Of a DNA stretch of 64,000 bases, positions 23,166 through 37,080 are shown in pieces (the stretch's first letter is position 1; each line of letters begins with the position of its first letter). Position numbers and translations under genes: made by a program. Location of the stretch: NCBI GenBank assembly GCA_020891255.1, contig BQFW01000007.1, positions 62,001-126,000 on the forward strand, read 5' to 3'. The notes below the pieces were generated by a model. It ran no database searches. It saw only the letters and a program-made list of their open reading frames with translations, and was not told the origin of the DNA. This DNA comes from Entomortierella parvispora E1425. Its lineage: Eukaryota > Fungi > Mortierellomycota.

Positions 23166-25744
23166 ATGACCTGCCCGTTCCGACGCACATTCATCAACTC
23201 TGTCACGCTTCTTTCTCTCCTACTCCTCCTCTCCCTAAGATTTTCTTCATCCGTCTCGGCAGTTGTTACGAGGCCTCAATATGCCACAGTAAACGGAACT
23301 TTCTATATCCAAGGAGGGTCTCCCGACGGTGGAAATGCGACCAATGCATTCTTCTCCTTGAGCTTGTCAATACCTTGGAACGACACAGCAACTCCATGGG
23401 TAGACCTTCCAGACAATACTTCTGGAATATTGGCCCCTAGCTTATGGGAAAGGACTATGTCACTGACAGCAGACAACAAGCAACTACTCATCTGGAACAT
23501 GAATGCCACCCAGTCGACAATGTACAACATCTCAAGTGGGTGTTGGACCTACAAGGATCTCCCACAGATTTCAAACAGCATCGTAGGCGTAACGGCCTTG
23601 ATTGACCCAACAAGCGCCGGTCTCGGGACATTCTATGTGCCCAATGGTTGCAGGCTTCAGGCAATATCAGTACCATCCGCCACCCAAACAGGAACACCAG
23701 GCCTACCTACACCTCCTTTCCCAACCACAACCCCAGCAATAACCTGGACCATGTGTAAATATGATATGAGCATCAGTAACAGTAGCGTCACCAATGTTCT
23801 GATGATTAGCAATTCGTCAGTGCCAGACGGCGTTCTATATTATTCATTTGTACACTGCTCCGCGCGCAATACGTTCTTACTTTACGGAGGTATTGGGAAT
23901 AACCGTGCGGCTAACCCCAACCTGATCGAGTTCAATACAACTCAGTTGTCGTGGAATCTTATTGTAGGTTGTTTTCGACAGAGTTCAAGGAAGTAGGGTT
24001 ACCGACATTCCCAAACTGATTTTTTTTTTTTTTTTTTTTCTTTTTCGGATAATCGATGTCGCCTAATGACTCCAAATGAAGTCAGCTAAAGGCGAATCCC
24101 CTGGAGACATCAATTCCCATTGCATGGTGCAGAGTAACGCCACATGTTAAAGTTAATTACAACGATAGTAAAGGCATTGCTTCTGACAGGTTCTAATAGC
24201 TTTCTTTGTCAATATGAATAGCTACGGACGGGACGAGGATGATTGTATTTGGCGGAGTCAGCACCACGAATGTAGTATCATCAAAACTCTACATACTTGA
24301 TGTGGCCAATCTAACTTGGACTGCAGGAGCCAATGCTGGGGATGGAAACGCGAGATACGGACACGCCTGCACCACCTACGGCGATAACTTCATCGTGTGG
24401 GGTGGTAAGGAGTTTTTCTTCGATTTTTTTTTTTACGATCATCAAAAAAATTGCGACTACGGATGACCAACTAAAACAACTCTGCTGTCATATTCATGGT
24501 TTTTAGGTCAAAACTTGACGGTGATGAATAACACACCACTAATATACAGCATCCCCGTCAACCAATGGGTTCACAACTATGTTATCCCTGGAATTCCACC
24601 TCCCCTCCCAACAACATCAGTAGAGTCACAAACGCCACTACCCGGATCAACGAATAGCAGTGCCACCCCAGCATTTCCAGGAAAACCGTTTGGTCTTGGC
24701 GGAATCATTGGTTGTGCTGTTGGTGGAGTTGTCATCATTTCAGCCACGGGATTTTTGTTCTACAGGCGACACAGAAAAGCAAAACTGGAGGACTATGACT
24801 TCCCGCCGCTTCCGGAACTGCAAGAGGAGGATAGAGAGCATTTTAGGGTCTTCAGGAAGAAAGGCCTTATAGGTTGGGACGACGACGACGACGACGACGA
24901 CGAGGACAACAACTCGGTGTACGACAGTGACAACAATGGCTTTACAGATAAAAATGCAGCTCTACACCAGAGAGCGAGCAGGAAAAGTCATTTCTCCCCC
25001 ACCCTCCTAGAGTCTTCATCCGCTTCCACACTCGTTGTGCACCAGCCACCACCACCATCTCGTAGAAAGAAGCCCAAAGAGTCGACAACTTCAGGATACC
25101 CATCAGTTGTCACTGTCACGCACCAACTCCTAAGGGAGAGCTCTGCAGAGAGTCCTGAGCCACGACGTAAGCCTATGTCTCAGAGCTCAAGTTTTTCAAC
25201 TGCCAGCACTCCATCCACGCTAAACAATTCGATCGCGACAGTGGTGACAGTGTCACCATTGCCTTCGCCAAGTAAAGTTACATTTAAAAAAGTAACCGAA
25301 ACGATATCGGAGCCACAGCCGTCATATCAGGTCCATTCGAAAGGCCGTGGGAGGACAACACCCTTGATAACCTCCCGGAGTAGCAGTCCAGTCGTGCCCT
25401 CAAGTCGTCATTCCCCTCAGTACGTTCCTGTGGGATACGAGGGACATGATATCTGGGGTAATTGCGGCCAAGAGGGAGTTCGAAGTCCGCAACTGCATAG
25501 TCCAGGGTACGAAACCAGCCCTGCGGCCTGGATGGCCATGATGAACACAATTCACGCAGCCAAAGAGAAGCCCCAATGCCTTAGTTACCATAGGGCGAGC
25601 TCACCCCAAGCCATACTACCAGTAGAACTACGGAATCTCAACAGTAGTGGGTGTGACGATAGCCACAGAGGGCATCGCCCAACTAAGCCTAGACGGAAAC
25701 CAGTCTGGTCAGAGATACCGGATCAGGAGCCAAAAATAAAATGA
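23166..25744 (+). CDS. K1: kelch-like beta-propeller single-pass membrane protein (exons 23166-23963, 24082-24133, 24222-24404, 24507-25744)
   Basis: Signal peptide, YIQGG, FFSLSLSIPW, LLYGG, MIVFGG, GHACTTYGDNFIVWGG, PLIY..NQWV, S/T stalk, TM GGIIGCAVGGVVIISATGFLFY followed by RRHRK, and a tail with SPQYVP and TSPAAWMAMMN. Exon phases join in frame. Confidence 0.85.
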
Positions 25745-26179
25745 ATGACATGACAACAGCTGGAGACTGGTTGGCAAAGTCCAGAGATCCAAACGGTCAT
25801 TGAGCTGTCGACAGACTGTGGACAGACAGACAGTGGATGTGGTTGTGGTTGTAATCAAAAAAGAAAAAAAAACAAAAACGCGTCGCACAGGTGCTCTTTT
25901 AAGATTCTCACTGTTGAAACAAAAAAGCGGCCAAAGGGACGATGGAGGATCCCCGGCAATCGTCCAATCCAAAGAATAGGACATTCAAGTCTTCTTTCGC
26001 TGATCATGCTTTTCTCATCTTTCTTTCGCTTTTTTTTCACATCTTCCTCCACCACCACCACCTTAATCGTTGTCTCCCCATTCGACTGTATAGCTTTGCA
26101 TTAGAACAAGAGACATCAAAGCCTCACAGGTAATCAACAATTCGCCGCTCCTTCACTTTCACCTTTTACGCCTTTAAAG

Positions 26180-26930
26180 ATGTCTCTGATCCACCGCACG
26201 GTTGCCCTTGCATTTTACATCCTACCTTTCATACTGGTCAGCATTCGCGCGGGAAACGGTCAGTCTGTGCTTGCAACCACCTCTGACGCAGTTTACAGGC
26301 CTCACGCTGAACCCTTTATATTCAAGGGGGCACACCTGACCCTACTAGCACCTTCAGATTTTTACTCTTTGAGCTTATTGCAACCCTGGAACGACTCAAC
26401 GCCGCTGCCGAGGATCCTGCTTACCTCTACCAGTGGCGCAGATGCTCCTCATACTACTTGGTGTCTATTGCTAACAGCGCTGACAGGAGCACTCTGATCG
26501 AGTTTGATTTCAGTAGCCCCGGCCTCTCGTACTCGTTCAATGTTCTCCGCAAGGCCTGGTATAAATCCCACCTTCTGGAAACATTAAAGGTGCAGCAGAT
26601 ATTTGGTCTAAATGCCATGGTAGACGCCAAGAGCGACGGTCTTGGGACATTCTATACTCCCAATGAATGTCCAGATATGACTATGAATTTTACGAATTGG
26701 CACCTGCGCAAATAGTACATTTGGCACATTCATATCAAGGTAGCAATCCTGAAGTGTTCACACACCACAATCCCCGCAGTACGTTCCTGTCGGACATAAT
26801 GGATACGGCGTTTGGGGGGGATTCCAATAGATAATACGATACCTGAAGTCCACAACTAGCCAGATCAACCTACGATTCTAGCCCTGCCGTTTGACTGTCG
26901 ATGATGAACGCCACCCGTTCTGGCAATGAA
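26180..26930 (+). pseudogene. K2: internally deleted, frameshifted array member (propeller N-terminus joined to tail motif)
   Basis: Signal peptide, FYSLSLLQPWND and LGTFYTPNEC, then ~100 bp later QSPQYVPVGHNGYGVWG and *SPQLARSTYDSSPAV*LSMMN (stops 26844-26846, 26892-26894). No TM exon remains. Confidence 0.8.
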
Positions 26931-27599
26931 ACCCTGCAGAAACGACAAGACTCCGGAATCTCTATCCACGCATGGATCGAGCTCCTTTGAGGTGGCAACG
27001 AATGACGCCAACAAACATCAAGCACACAGTCATTTAGGAGTCAGTTTACGAGCTGTGTCCCAAATGAAATGAAATCGGAACCAGGACAAATCTGACATAA
27101 AAAAAAACTTGTTTGCAGCTTCCGGATTTTCCAATGGATGGTAAATGTGGTTGGGGCGCATGAGCAAACAAACGACAAGAAAACGCGTCAGTGTCACCGG
27201 AATCGCAGACACACCTGCCTGTTCAGACAGATGAGAAAGTAGGCAGGGTCCCCCGAATATGAAACAGAAAGCATGCTCAACAAGGAGGATGGAATGATGC
27301 AAGTTATTCGGACCATCCGCCGTAGATTTTGCTCTTTTGTCCATCTCTCTTCCTTTCCGCCTTCCATGCTCTACCTCTCTACTCCCCTCTCTCTCTCTTT
27401 CTCTCGCCCATTCCAAATCTCCTTCCGCCCTTGTCAGGGACTGAACTCTCCTCCGCCTGCTCCTCAACTGACCCTGCATCCGTCAACGGGAACCTGTGCA
27501 GACACCGGATAGTATCATCTGTCGATATCTTTCCCATCCTTTTCGTCGCTCCATCCGTTTCCCCCTCATCATTCCTACTTCTTCCTCGTATGTACCACT

Positions 27600-30103
27600 A
27601 TGACTTCCCGCTTCCTGCACTGGCCCATCATTACTGCTTATCTCCTTCCTCTTTTCCTCGTCCTCGTCATTTCTGAGACAAACGCTCAACCATCTACGCC
27701 TGTCGCGGTTGTTAGACCGCAGTACGCGTCGGTTAATGGCACCCTCTATATCCAAGGAGGGGCACCTGATGCTGTTCACCCAGTATCTGCATTCTATTCC
27801 TTGAGCCTGACAAAGCCGTGGAATGACACCGCGCCACTATGGAAGACACTCCCTACCAACTCTTCTGGTGTATTGGCGCCTACCATCTGGATGCAAACCA
27901 TGTCAGCGACTGCAGACTTGAAGCATGTACTTATTTGGGACTTCAGCAGCCCAAATATGTCGCCTTTGTTCGACATCAAAAGCAAGACTTGGACCAACCT
28001 GAATCTGCCACAGGTACCATGGGCCATCATTCACGGTCTTTGGCCACTTATCGACCCAGCAAGCGCTGGTCTGGGGACATTTTATGTACCCAATGGCTGC
28101 CAAGACAGCATTACCTCATACCCACCAGTGTGGTATATGTGCAAGTTGGACTTGACCACTGGTGATATCAACAGAAACATACAAATGAGTACCCAGATAG
28201 CAGGCGTCCTCTATTATTCGTTTGTCTACTGCAGTGCGCGAAACTCAATGATGCTCTATGGAGGATTCAAAACAGACACAAGTAATGTTGCGTCCGCTAG
28301 CCCGAACTTGTACGAGTACAATATGGTTGCAAATACATGGTCGCTCCTTGTAGGTGTTACTTTGTGCCTTTAGCCGAAAATATGTTCTTGGGTAGCGCAT
28401 CTGTGCGGCATTCTGCTTCTTAGTATTAACGCCCAATGGTTTGATATAGACAACCACGGGAACTCCTCCTGGAGATATCAACTCCCACTGCATGGTGCAA
28501 AGTAATGTACCGAATGCATTTGAAGGATAAATGACCGTTGCTGATTGCTGCAGTTGCTAACCAATAGCTCTTGTCTATGTCCTTAGCGTCTGATAAATCC
28601 AAAATGATCGTTTTTGGCGGTGTCAGTATAGGAAACCTGGTCTCGTCAAGACTTTACATCCTTTATCTGGGCAACCTCACCTGGGTACAAGGGGCTGATG
28701 CAGGAACGGAAAACGCGCGATATGGACATGCGTGTAGTACCAATGGCGATAGCTTTGTTGCTTGGGGAGGTGAGGGAATACGCTTTTATTTTGCAGGGCA
28801 ACTAACCGCAATGAGTTGCTTTGTCAGGCTAACAACAATGTTCGCATATTTCATTCATTTAGGACAAAGCTCGGCAATAATGAATAACACTCCCTTGATC
28901 TACAACATCCCGATCAACCAGTGGGTCCATGATTTCGTTGTCTCGGGCCCATTGCCTACACCGATCACTTCAACGTCGATTTCGACGTTAGCACCCACAG
29001 CAACCACGACCACGACCACGACCACAACCATGACCCATACACCATCCTCCACCCCATCCACCGACGTCGCTTCATATCCAAGGTCAACTCTCAGCACAGC
29101 AGGGGTCATTGGTGGCGCTGCTGGCGCCGTTGGTGGCGTCGTCATGATTGTTGCAATTGGAATTTTTATACGCAAGCGGCACAAGAAGGCCAAGTGCAAT
29201 GCCTATCTTCTTCCTCTTCCTTGGCAAAATGAGTATATGAGTTTCCAAAAAAAGCGAGACTTCGATAGGCCAAGCTTAAGGGATGATGGGTATGACGATG
29301 GTGACCAAGACAATGTCAGTCAGCTCCAGAATGGGGACAGAAAAGACGAAGGCGAAACGGTGCCCTACCCTCCATCTTCCTATCTGGAGGCCACCTCTTC
29401 CTCATCCACGCTTGTATATGACCAGACTGTACCATCTTACCAACACCATGTATACGGCGATACAGATTCAGAATCGACAAGCATCTCTGGCGCCGTACCT
29501 CGGCTCTCGTCGACGTCAGGGCCTATTGTAACCCCGCGATTGCGACACCCCACCTTTTCAACCATCAGCGCACCCTCTACCTCATCCAACTCTATCATAT
29601 CCGGGGTACCATTATCGGCCTTATCTCTGCCCATCAACATCTACAACAGAGGGAGGGCTACACCAGGACCTTCGCCGCTAAAGCTGTCGCAGCCAATTGA
29701 CGTTTATAGCTGCGACAGTTCCGACTATTGCCTGTCATCGGCATACCGTCAAGGCAATCCTGAGGTGTTATCATTCTACCAATCTCCTCAATATGTTCCA
29801 ATCGGTTATAATGGTCCAGCTGTGTGGGGAAATGGCCGTCAAGACGAGACACGAAGCCCACAACAACTTGGTTCCAGACACGTCACTAGCCCTGCAGCAT
29901 GGATGTCCATGATGTATGCAGCAAGATCAACCGTCGACGCGCCATATACTCGGAGAAACGGCGGTCTCGATGTCTCTCTCTCAGTGCAATCTGCTAAGCC
30001 TGTTAGGACTGGTGAAAGCGCTTATTTACAACCTCGACAAAGAAGCAGAGAACGATCAACGAGAAAATCTAGACCATACAAGGACGGACACAAAGAAGGC
30101 TAG
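27600..30103 (+). CDS. K3: kelch-like single-pass membrane protein (exons 27600-28349, 28450-28501, 28587-28769, 28863-30103)
   Basis: Same architecture and intron phases as K1. Poly-Thr stalk, TM GVIGGAAGAVGGVVMIVAIGIFI followed by RKRHKK, tail QSPQYVPIG..RSPQQLG..TSPAAWMSMM. Confidence 0.87.
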
Positions 30104-30553
30104 AGATACGGGGGTCACACCTTGACTGTCGCTTTCCTTTCTGCACAGATAATGTGGTTCTTGAGAAATAAAGTGCAAAGAGACGCGTCGTACAAGGGGT
30201 GTCTTTGCTCTTCAAAATTTACAAGCACCGTTGTTTCGCTTTGTTGTGCCCGAACACAAACGAGAGCGTCAGCTCAAAGAGGCAGGTCCACTTCCTGCTC
30301 CTAAACTGAAAGAAGTTAACGGTCCAGCAGACGTCCAATTTGCTTGAAAGATCCAGCTCAACAATTGTGTTTCTGTGGTTCAAACGCCCGTGACTATTTG
30401 CTTTTGGTTCATCCAGTCCTTTCGCCATTCCTTTTTCTCTCACCTTCCCTTCCTTGCCAGCAGCTTCATCCATATCCCACCTCTTTCAAACTGAAGATCA
30501 CCCTTGAAATCCGTCTTCCTCCACCTCTTTTCCTACCTTGATTCAACCGCAGG

Positions 30554-33072
30554 ATGGTTATGTTTCATAGCAGGCTCAAAAGATCCGTCGGGTTCCTGAC
30601 AGCTCTCTTGGCCTCTCATATCACACAAAACATCCTTTTTATCTCAGCTTACAGCCCTACATTAGTTTACAACTCCCAATATGCAACGATGAATGGGATC
30701 CTGTATGTTCAAGGTGGCGCTCCGGAGTTGTCGATCAGCCCCAGTGCATACAATGAATTCTTTTCGCTGAGTTTGACAAAGCCATGGAACGACACGGCAC
30801 CCCCATGGCAGGCTCTTCCCATCAACACTTCTGGTGTAGTGGTTCCAGCTCTTGCGGGTGGAGGGATGACTCCGACCCCAAATAACAGTAGTTTGGCTCT
30901 TTGGAATCCAAGCCTAAACCCAATAACCTGGGTTTTTCATCCCAAGAATAATACTTGGACCACGATAACCTATACACTTGGCTCTCTGCAGCTCAACATG
31001 GGAGGCACGGCTGTGATCGATCCTGAATCTGTGGACAAGGATTATGGGGACCTCTACGCACCGAATGCTTGCCGAGCCGTCAACACAAGCTATAACGCCA
31101 TGTGTGACTTCAGGGCCCCCTATTTTTTCAACGTTCTTCCAATGCCACCCTCGCCAAACCCCACCGATACAGTTGGTTTTTCCTTTACGTATTGCACTGA
31201 GAGAAAATCAATTCTGTTCTATGGCGGTCAGGGATACACAGGCGTCATCAATCCATATTTGTACGAGTATGTACCATCAGAGCAAATGTGGTCATTTCTT
31301 GTAGGTACAAAGGCCTGTGGGTCTGATGAAATAGTCGATGACACCTGCGCAATGATGCCGGGTCATTTTGTCGAGATTATGGGCACTGTCGCCGTCTAAA
31401 GCTGACTCGCTTACCTGTTATTGTCTTTTTTATCTTTATGTGAGCACAGACCCCACCTGGCAATTCGCCTGGAGATGTGAGCTACCATTGCATGGTGCAG
31501 AGTATGATAGAAGACACGCTCATTCCGAAAAGCTGTTATCTGCGACAGTTAGGACCGAGCACTAATGAGTTTCATTCTCACCATAGCTACAGATGCCTCC
31601 AGAATGATCGTTTTTGGTGGTGTGAACGCCCAGAACCAGTTTTCTTCGCGATTGTTTTTCCTTAACATGGTTAACTTCACTTGGACTGAGGGTGCCGATG
31701 CTGGTGCCATCAACGCCAGGGCAGGCCATGTCTGCGCAACCAATGGAGACAGTCTTGTCGTTTGGGGAGGTAAAATATCAGTTGAATGCCAACTTTCCTA
31801 GAAAAAACAACATATTGGTAATCTATTGATTCCACTAAACAATCTCTGTACCATGTCATCTTCGATTTGGCTTAACGCAGGGAGGAACACTACCATCAAT
31901 GTAATCAAGGACAAAACACCATTAATTTATAACATCCCGACAAACCAGTGGGTCCACGACTTTGTTGTGTCGGGCCCACTGCCGACATCAACGACCAATG
32001 TAACATCGACAGTAGCCACAACGGCGTCTGCTCCGACAACGACATCCACCCCGCCTGTCGCTTCGCCCACTCCGCCAAAAACCTCCAATTTGGGTAGTGC
32101 CATTGGTGCTATTGGTGCCGTCAGCGTCGTCGCTGCTGCTGTTGGATTTCTCTTTTTCAGACGACACAGAAGAGCGAAGAGCTGCCCATCTCCTCGATCA
32201 GCTACACTATCACATCAAAGTATCTTTGGCAAAACAGGAAGGTTCTTTGGGAGGAGTGCCAAAGATGATGGTGGTTACAGGGACGAGGTTCAGTCACAAT
32301 TCACTTCGAGCAAAGGTGCCAGAGAAACACCCTATCTGTCTCGCACTTCATCTGCGCCGTTCATGAGCCAGTTCATATCGCCATCATATCGACTGTCTAA
32401 TGAACATGAACTCGAAGCAGGTGATTCATTTCACCCAAACAAGGGAGATCCTCAGGACTCGATATCTAGCGCGCGTGGTGAATCCTTGCCCTTCGGACCA
32501 GATTCCTCCCTCAGGACCATGGTACCACAGTACTCAATGGCCACCAGTCCCAGTAAGTCACCTCTTCCGTCCAAGTTCCCAATAGTCAATATTTACAGTG
32601 CCCTCATCTTCTAATGTTGTTTACTTCCATAGATCCACCGCATCAACTCGGATACTACTTAGTTGACAAGGATGGGTATCTGACCTATAGAACGGGTCGC
32701 GATGATAATTCTTTTTATACGCCGCATGGCCACTCACCTCAGTTTGTACCGGGGGGGTCCAGTGGATACAGTGTATGGTCTGAAGGCGACCGGTTTGATC
32801 CCCGGAGCCCACAGCAGCTTGGGCCTGGATATGGGACGAGTCCTGCAGCTTGGATGGTAAGTATGAACATGGCCAGCCCCAGGAATGACCCTCGGTTTTC
32901 TAGTCGGATTGCTAGCGCGATTCCCCTATCGAGTCACAGCTCATACAGCCCATCTCCAACTGGACAGCTGGCTGTTCAGACAGAGTCGGACTTCATGCTA
33001 AAGAAGATAAAGTTGTTGAGGGCACAGCATGAACTCGAGATGGAAAGAGTCCGGCTGGAGCAGGAGTCCTAG
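30554..33072 (+). CDS. K4: kelch-like single-pass membrane protein with an extra tail intron (exons 30554-31300, 31450-31501, 31587-31769, 31881-32552, 32633-33072)
   Basis: Same architecture. An 80-nt phase-1 intron at 32553-32632 (GTAAGT..CTAAT..CATAG) joins the two ORFs in frame. Tail has SPQFVP, RSPQQLGPGYGTSPAAWM and KKIKLLRAQHELEMERVRLEQES. Confidence 0.83.
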
Positions 33073-33542
33073 GCGCAAACAACCCCGCACGGCTGAAAAA
33101 TATTTGCAGTAAACGCTAAATGGTTGCGCCATTGTACCGGTTTCATCTGTGTGTTTTGAAAGATGTGTTGCAGAAAGCATTCTCTTTCCAATACGCCAAC
33201 GACCTCTTAAAGAATGACAAATATTAAAGCCTGCTCTGTTTTATTTCATTCCTATCGGTCACTCTCAGCTTTCCTATGATGATTCTCACGCAAACGATGC
33301 TTATCTCTGTATGAAGAGGGGTGGTGTTTTTTTTCTTTTAGAACTGACGAGGGCAGGAATTGCTGGCCGCGCACAATTCTTTGCGTCACCTACCTGGTAA
33401 TGGTAGACAAACGTTCCAAGGAGACACTGACCGGAAAATTCTTATTGCTCTTGTCATGTTCCCAGGTTTAACCGTGGAAGGCGATTTTGCTGGCTTACCA
33501 AGGTTTGTTCATATCAAATGAGAGGGTAATCCCGGAGAGCAG

Positions 33543-33608
33543 ATGTGGTTCGTTGCAGTTGAGAGGGCACAAGTCTTTTTTTTTGGTCTGCTCACTCGTC
33601 TGTGTTCA
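33543..33608 (+). promoter_or_regulatory. Conserved upstream block of K5 (core GCTCRYYCGTCWGTGTTCA)
   Basis: Core at 33590-33608, with homologous cores upstream of K6 (36772-36790), K7 (40078-40096) and K8 (43538-43556), all 260-295 bp from the ATG. Confidence 0.55.
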
Positions 33609-33880
33609 AGAGCACAAAAGCAAGAAAGCGAGGCATTGCATTGTGCGTGCACACGTTATCTCTTTTGGGGTGTTGACCATTGGAGGTACTTTGGTTTCCT
33701 CCAGCAGCCGACATCTTTCTCATTCACCAGTTTGCTTCTTTTCTTCCTTTTCCTCCCTTCCCCTCACTAATACTGCCTGTTTCCTCCAAACGCTTCTGTC
33801 TATCCCTCTGGGCACGAACTTTTCGACCCAGACAATTCACTTCACTGTTCTCAGCTTTCTTCTCCTGCCTCAACACTATC

Positions 33881-36400
33881 ATGGAGCGTCTACTCCATAG
33901 CATCTTCTTTGCTGTTGGCGCTGCTCACCTATTGTTGTTGATCTTTTCTGTCCAAAACACCCCTTTTGTGTCAGCAGCTCCGCCAATTGTTGTTACCGGC
34001 TCAAGATATATCACCGTAAACGGGACTCTCTATGTGCAGGGAGGGGGTTCACTCTACGCTCAAGGTGGGGCATTCACAGACACCGATGGGACTACAGCCT
34101 TCTCATCTTTGGACATGTCGGTACCCTGGAACCAAACATCGCCTCCATGGAAGGCCATCGTTGCCCCTGCTGGTTTTCTTACCCGAGATATCATATACCA
34201 GGGACTCGCAGTGACTCCAGACAAAACTCGACTGGTTTTCTGGGGATCCTTTAATGCGCCACCCGAAGCTGGATCCTTGAGTATACTCAATATCCCGAGC
34301 AATAGTTGGAGCAGCTTGACTGTCACACAGAACCCCAATCTGACGAGCTGGGGCATTTCCGCCGTAATCGACCCCACGAGCGGGGGCATGGGAGTTTTGT
34401 ATGCTCCAAGTGGTTGCACAGAGCAGATTACTGGCACAGAGAATGCCATTCCTGGATTATGCATGATTGGATTAGACAAGAAGACAACTACTTATCAAAC
34501 AATGTCCAGACTCCTCGTACCGAGTGGCATCGCTTATTATTCTTTCGTCTATTGCACGCTGAGGAAGACAATGCTTCTTTATGGGGGAGCGGGTGCGAAC
34601 AATGAGCCCAATCAGAGTTTGTACGAGTTCTCCCCTTCCAACTCGACTTGGTCGTTGCTTGTACGTTAGTGCTTCTCAACTCTTTGTCTTTTCGGTCCCC
34701 GATGCGCAAGAAATCGTTGCAAAAGAAAGAAGTCGTGGGATGAATAACTAATAGCTTCACTGATCTCCCACCATAGCAACCACAAGGGACTTCCCCCGGC
34801 GATATCCAGCGTCATTGCATGGTAGAGAGTATGTCGCAAGTCTGTTCCCAATTCACTTCTGTTAGACAGGCACCAAAAAAAAGTCGAACTCTAACCTTCC
34901 TTTCTTCGCTCCATAATAGCCACAGATGGCACCAAGATGATTGTGTTTGGTGGGATGAACGTCGGACTGCAGGTGTCGGCACGTCTTTCTATTTTCCATA
35001 TCAAGAACATGACCTGGACAGACGGGGCCGATGTGGGAGCAGCCAATGCCAGAATGGGTCATGTCTGTGCAACAAACGGCGACAGCTTCATTGTCTGGGG
35101 AGGTAAGGAACGCAATCGCATCGATCTTCTGACAAGATATCTTCTAACATCAATTGTGCTCGTCCTGATAGGACTGACACTGCAGAACGGCAAAGCTGTG
35201 GTGGTGAACAATGTCCCGTTGATCTATAACATCCCAAAGAATGAATGGGTCCACAACTTTGTAGTTACAAACCCTCCACCTCCAACCCTCTCAAATGCGA
35301 CATTGACGTCGACAATGACAGGACCCATGCCTTCTTCATCAGACAATGCCTCTTTATCCTCTCCCTCGGAAAAGTCCTCCAACGTGGGGGCCATTGTCGG
35401 TGGAGCTGCGGGAAGCATTATCGCTGTCGCCGCCATCGGATTTTTCATGTACAGACGACGCAAGGGAAACGGTCTATCTCACTCGAAAAGGTCTGGGGAT
35501 GGCAATCTAAGAAGATCGATGATTCTGAACGGCGGCGGAAATGACATTGAAGACGACAAGGATGCATGCGGCAACCATTCCGGCGCAAACGCAATTCAGC
35601 TCCAAAGTGAATCGGTCCAACGCTCAGTCGATTCATATTCTCACTCTCCACCTCATTCTGTGCAACAGTTCCAGTCATCCCCACTGCAGACTAAAAATTC
35701 GTTCGCGATGCATGGGGGTAACTCAAGGGAACTCAATCCGGAGATTGATATGAGAGGACACCACGGAAGGTCGTCAAGTGAGTTAGGGTCGCCGCGGTTT
35801 TCAGGATCCAAGTTTTCAAATCCACCACCCCCTTTTCAATCAACCTTGTCACTGTCTCCCGCCGGCAGTCCGCAGGCGTACCTTGGCCCCTTTCCAATGG
35901 ATCAACAAAACCATCCGTATTATTACGACAAAGGGAGGAGTGACTTCCCAAGTCCTTTCAGGGGTCTTGATCATACCAATATCCTGTACAGCGATTATCC
36001 TCAATTCACTCCAATTGGATTGGATTCACAGGGTAACCGATTTGATCTCCGAAGTCCTCAGCAGCCAGGACCAGGAGTGGAGACGAGCCCGGCAGCATGG
36101 ATGGCGGCGATGAACACACGCAACTCTTTTGGCAATTCCCATAGATTAATTAATCATGGATCGCACGTCAGTGGCCATATTGGTGGCCTTGGTTCATACT
36201 TCCCGCCTCCACCAGGACTACAGTCACCAGCAGAGCCAGAACCAGACCTGCTCCAAAAGAAGTTGATGCTGATGAAGGCACAACATGAGCTAGATGTGGA
36301 GAAGATGCGGCTAGAGCAAGAATCACAGCGACATTTAGTTGAGCGGCAGTTGGTGGAGAGGCAACTTGGTCCAGCAGCGGATAAGTGGAACCACATGTAG
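33881..36400 (+). CDS. K5: kelch-like single-pass membrane protein (exons 33881-34660, 34777-34828, 34920-35102, 35172-36400)
   Basis: Start MERLLHS; YVQGG, LDMSVPW, MIVFGG, TM VGAIVGGAAGSIIAVAAIGFFMY followed by RRRK; tail RSPQQPGPGVETSPAAWMAAMN, SYFPPPP and KKLMLMKAQHELDVEKMRLEQE. Confidence 0.88.
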
Positions 36401-37080
36401 TTTCTGCAGAGTGCTTCCTTCCATTATACTGTAGTTTTTTTTTTTTTTTTTTTTTTTTTTCAATTTTCAAACATATTGATAGCTTGATCTAAGTATCTAA
36501 GTATCGTCTGTTCAGGATCAACCTCGTTTTCCTGGAGACGATGGACAACTCATCGGAAGGGCGCAGATGACAAATAACCATGGAGATGTGTGACAGTCCC
36601 TTGAGTTTGGTCACAACATCGATATTCCTCATCTCCAGGAATTACATTACCGGGCTCAGTCGTGCAGGTGTTTGGCTACCTTACCAAGGTTTGATCATTT
36701 CGAAAGAAAGACAAGGAGTATGTGGTTTGTCGCAATTGAGAAAGGGCGCGTTGCACAAGGGTGTTTTTCTTGCTCGCTCGTCAGTGTTCAACGCCAAGAG
36801 GGCGTGCTAGACTGCATTGCAGGTCAGGATAGAGCATTGCTGTCTTTGAAGTTGAGCCACAGGAGGGACATGAATCCCCGGGTTGCTGTTTTTCTTTCTT
36901 TGATAAGTGATTTTTCTCTCTTCTTCGTTTTTTTCTTTTGCCTTCCTCTCTTTTCTTGATACAGCTGCCTGTCATCTCCACAAACCCATATGCACACATT
37001 GGACTTTCCCTTCAAACCTTCAATCTAAGACCATCCCATCCCCTCTCCTATATATTCTCTATCAACTTTCTACTCTCTCC

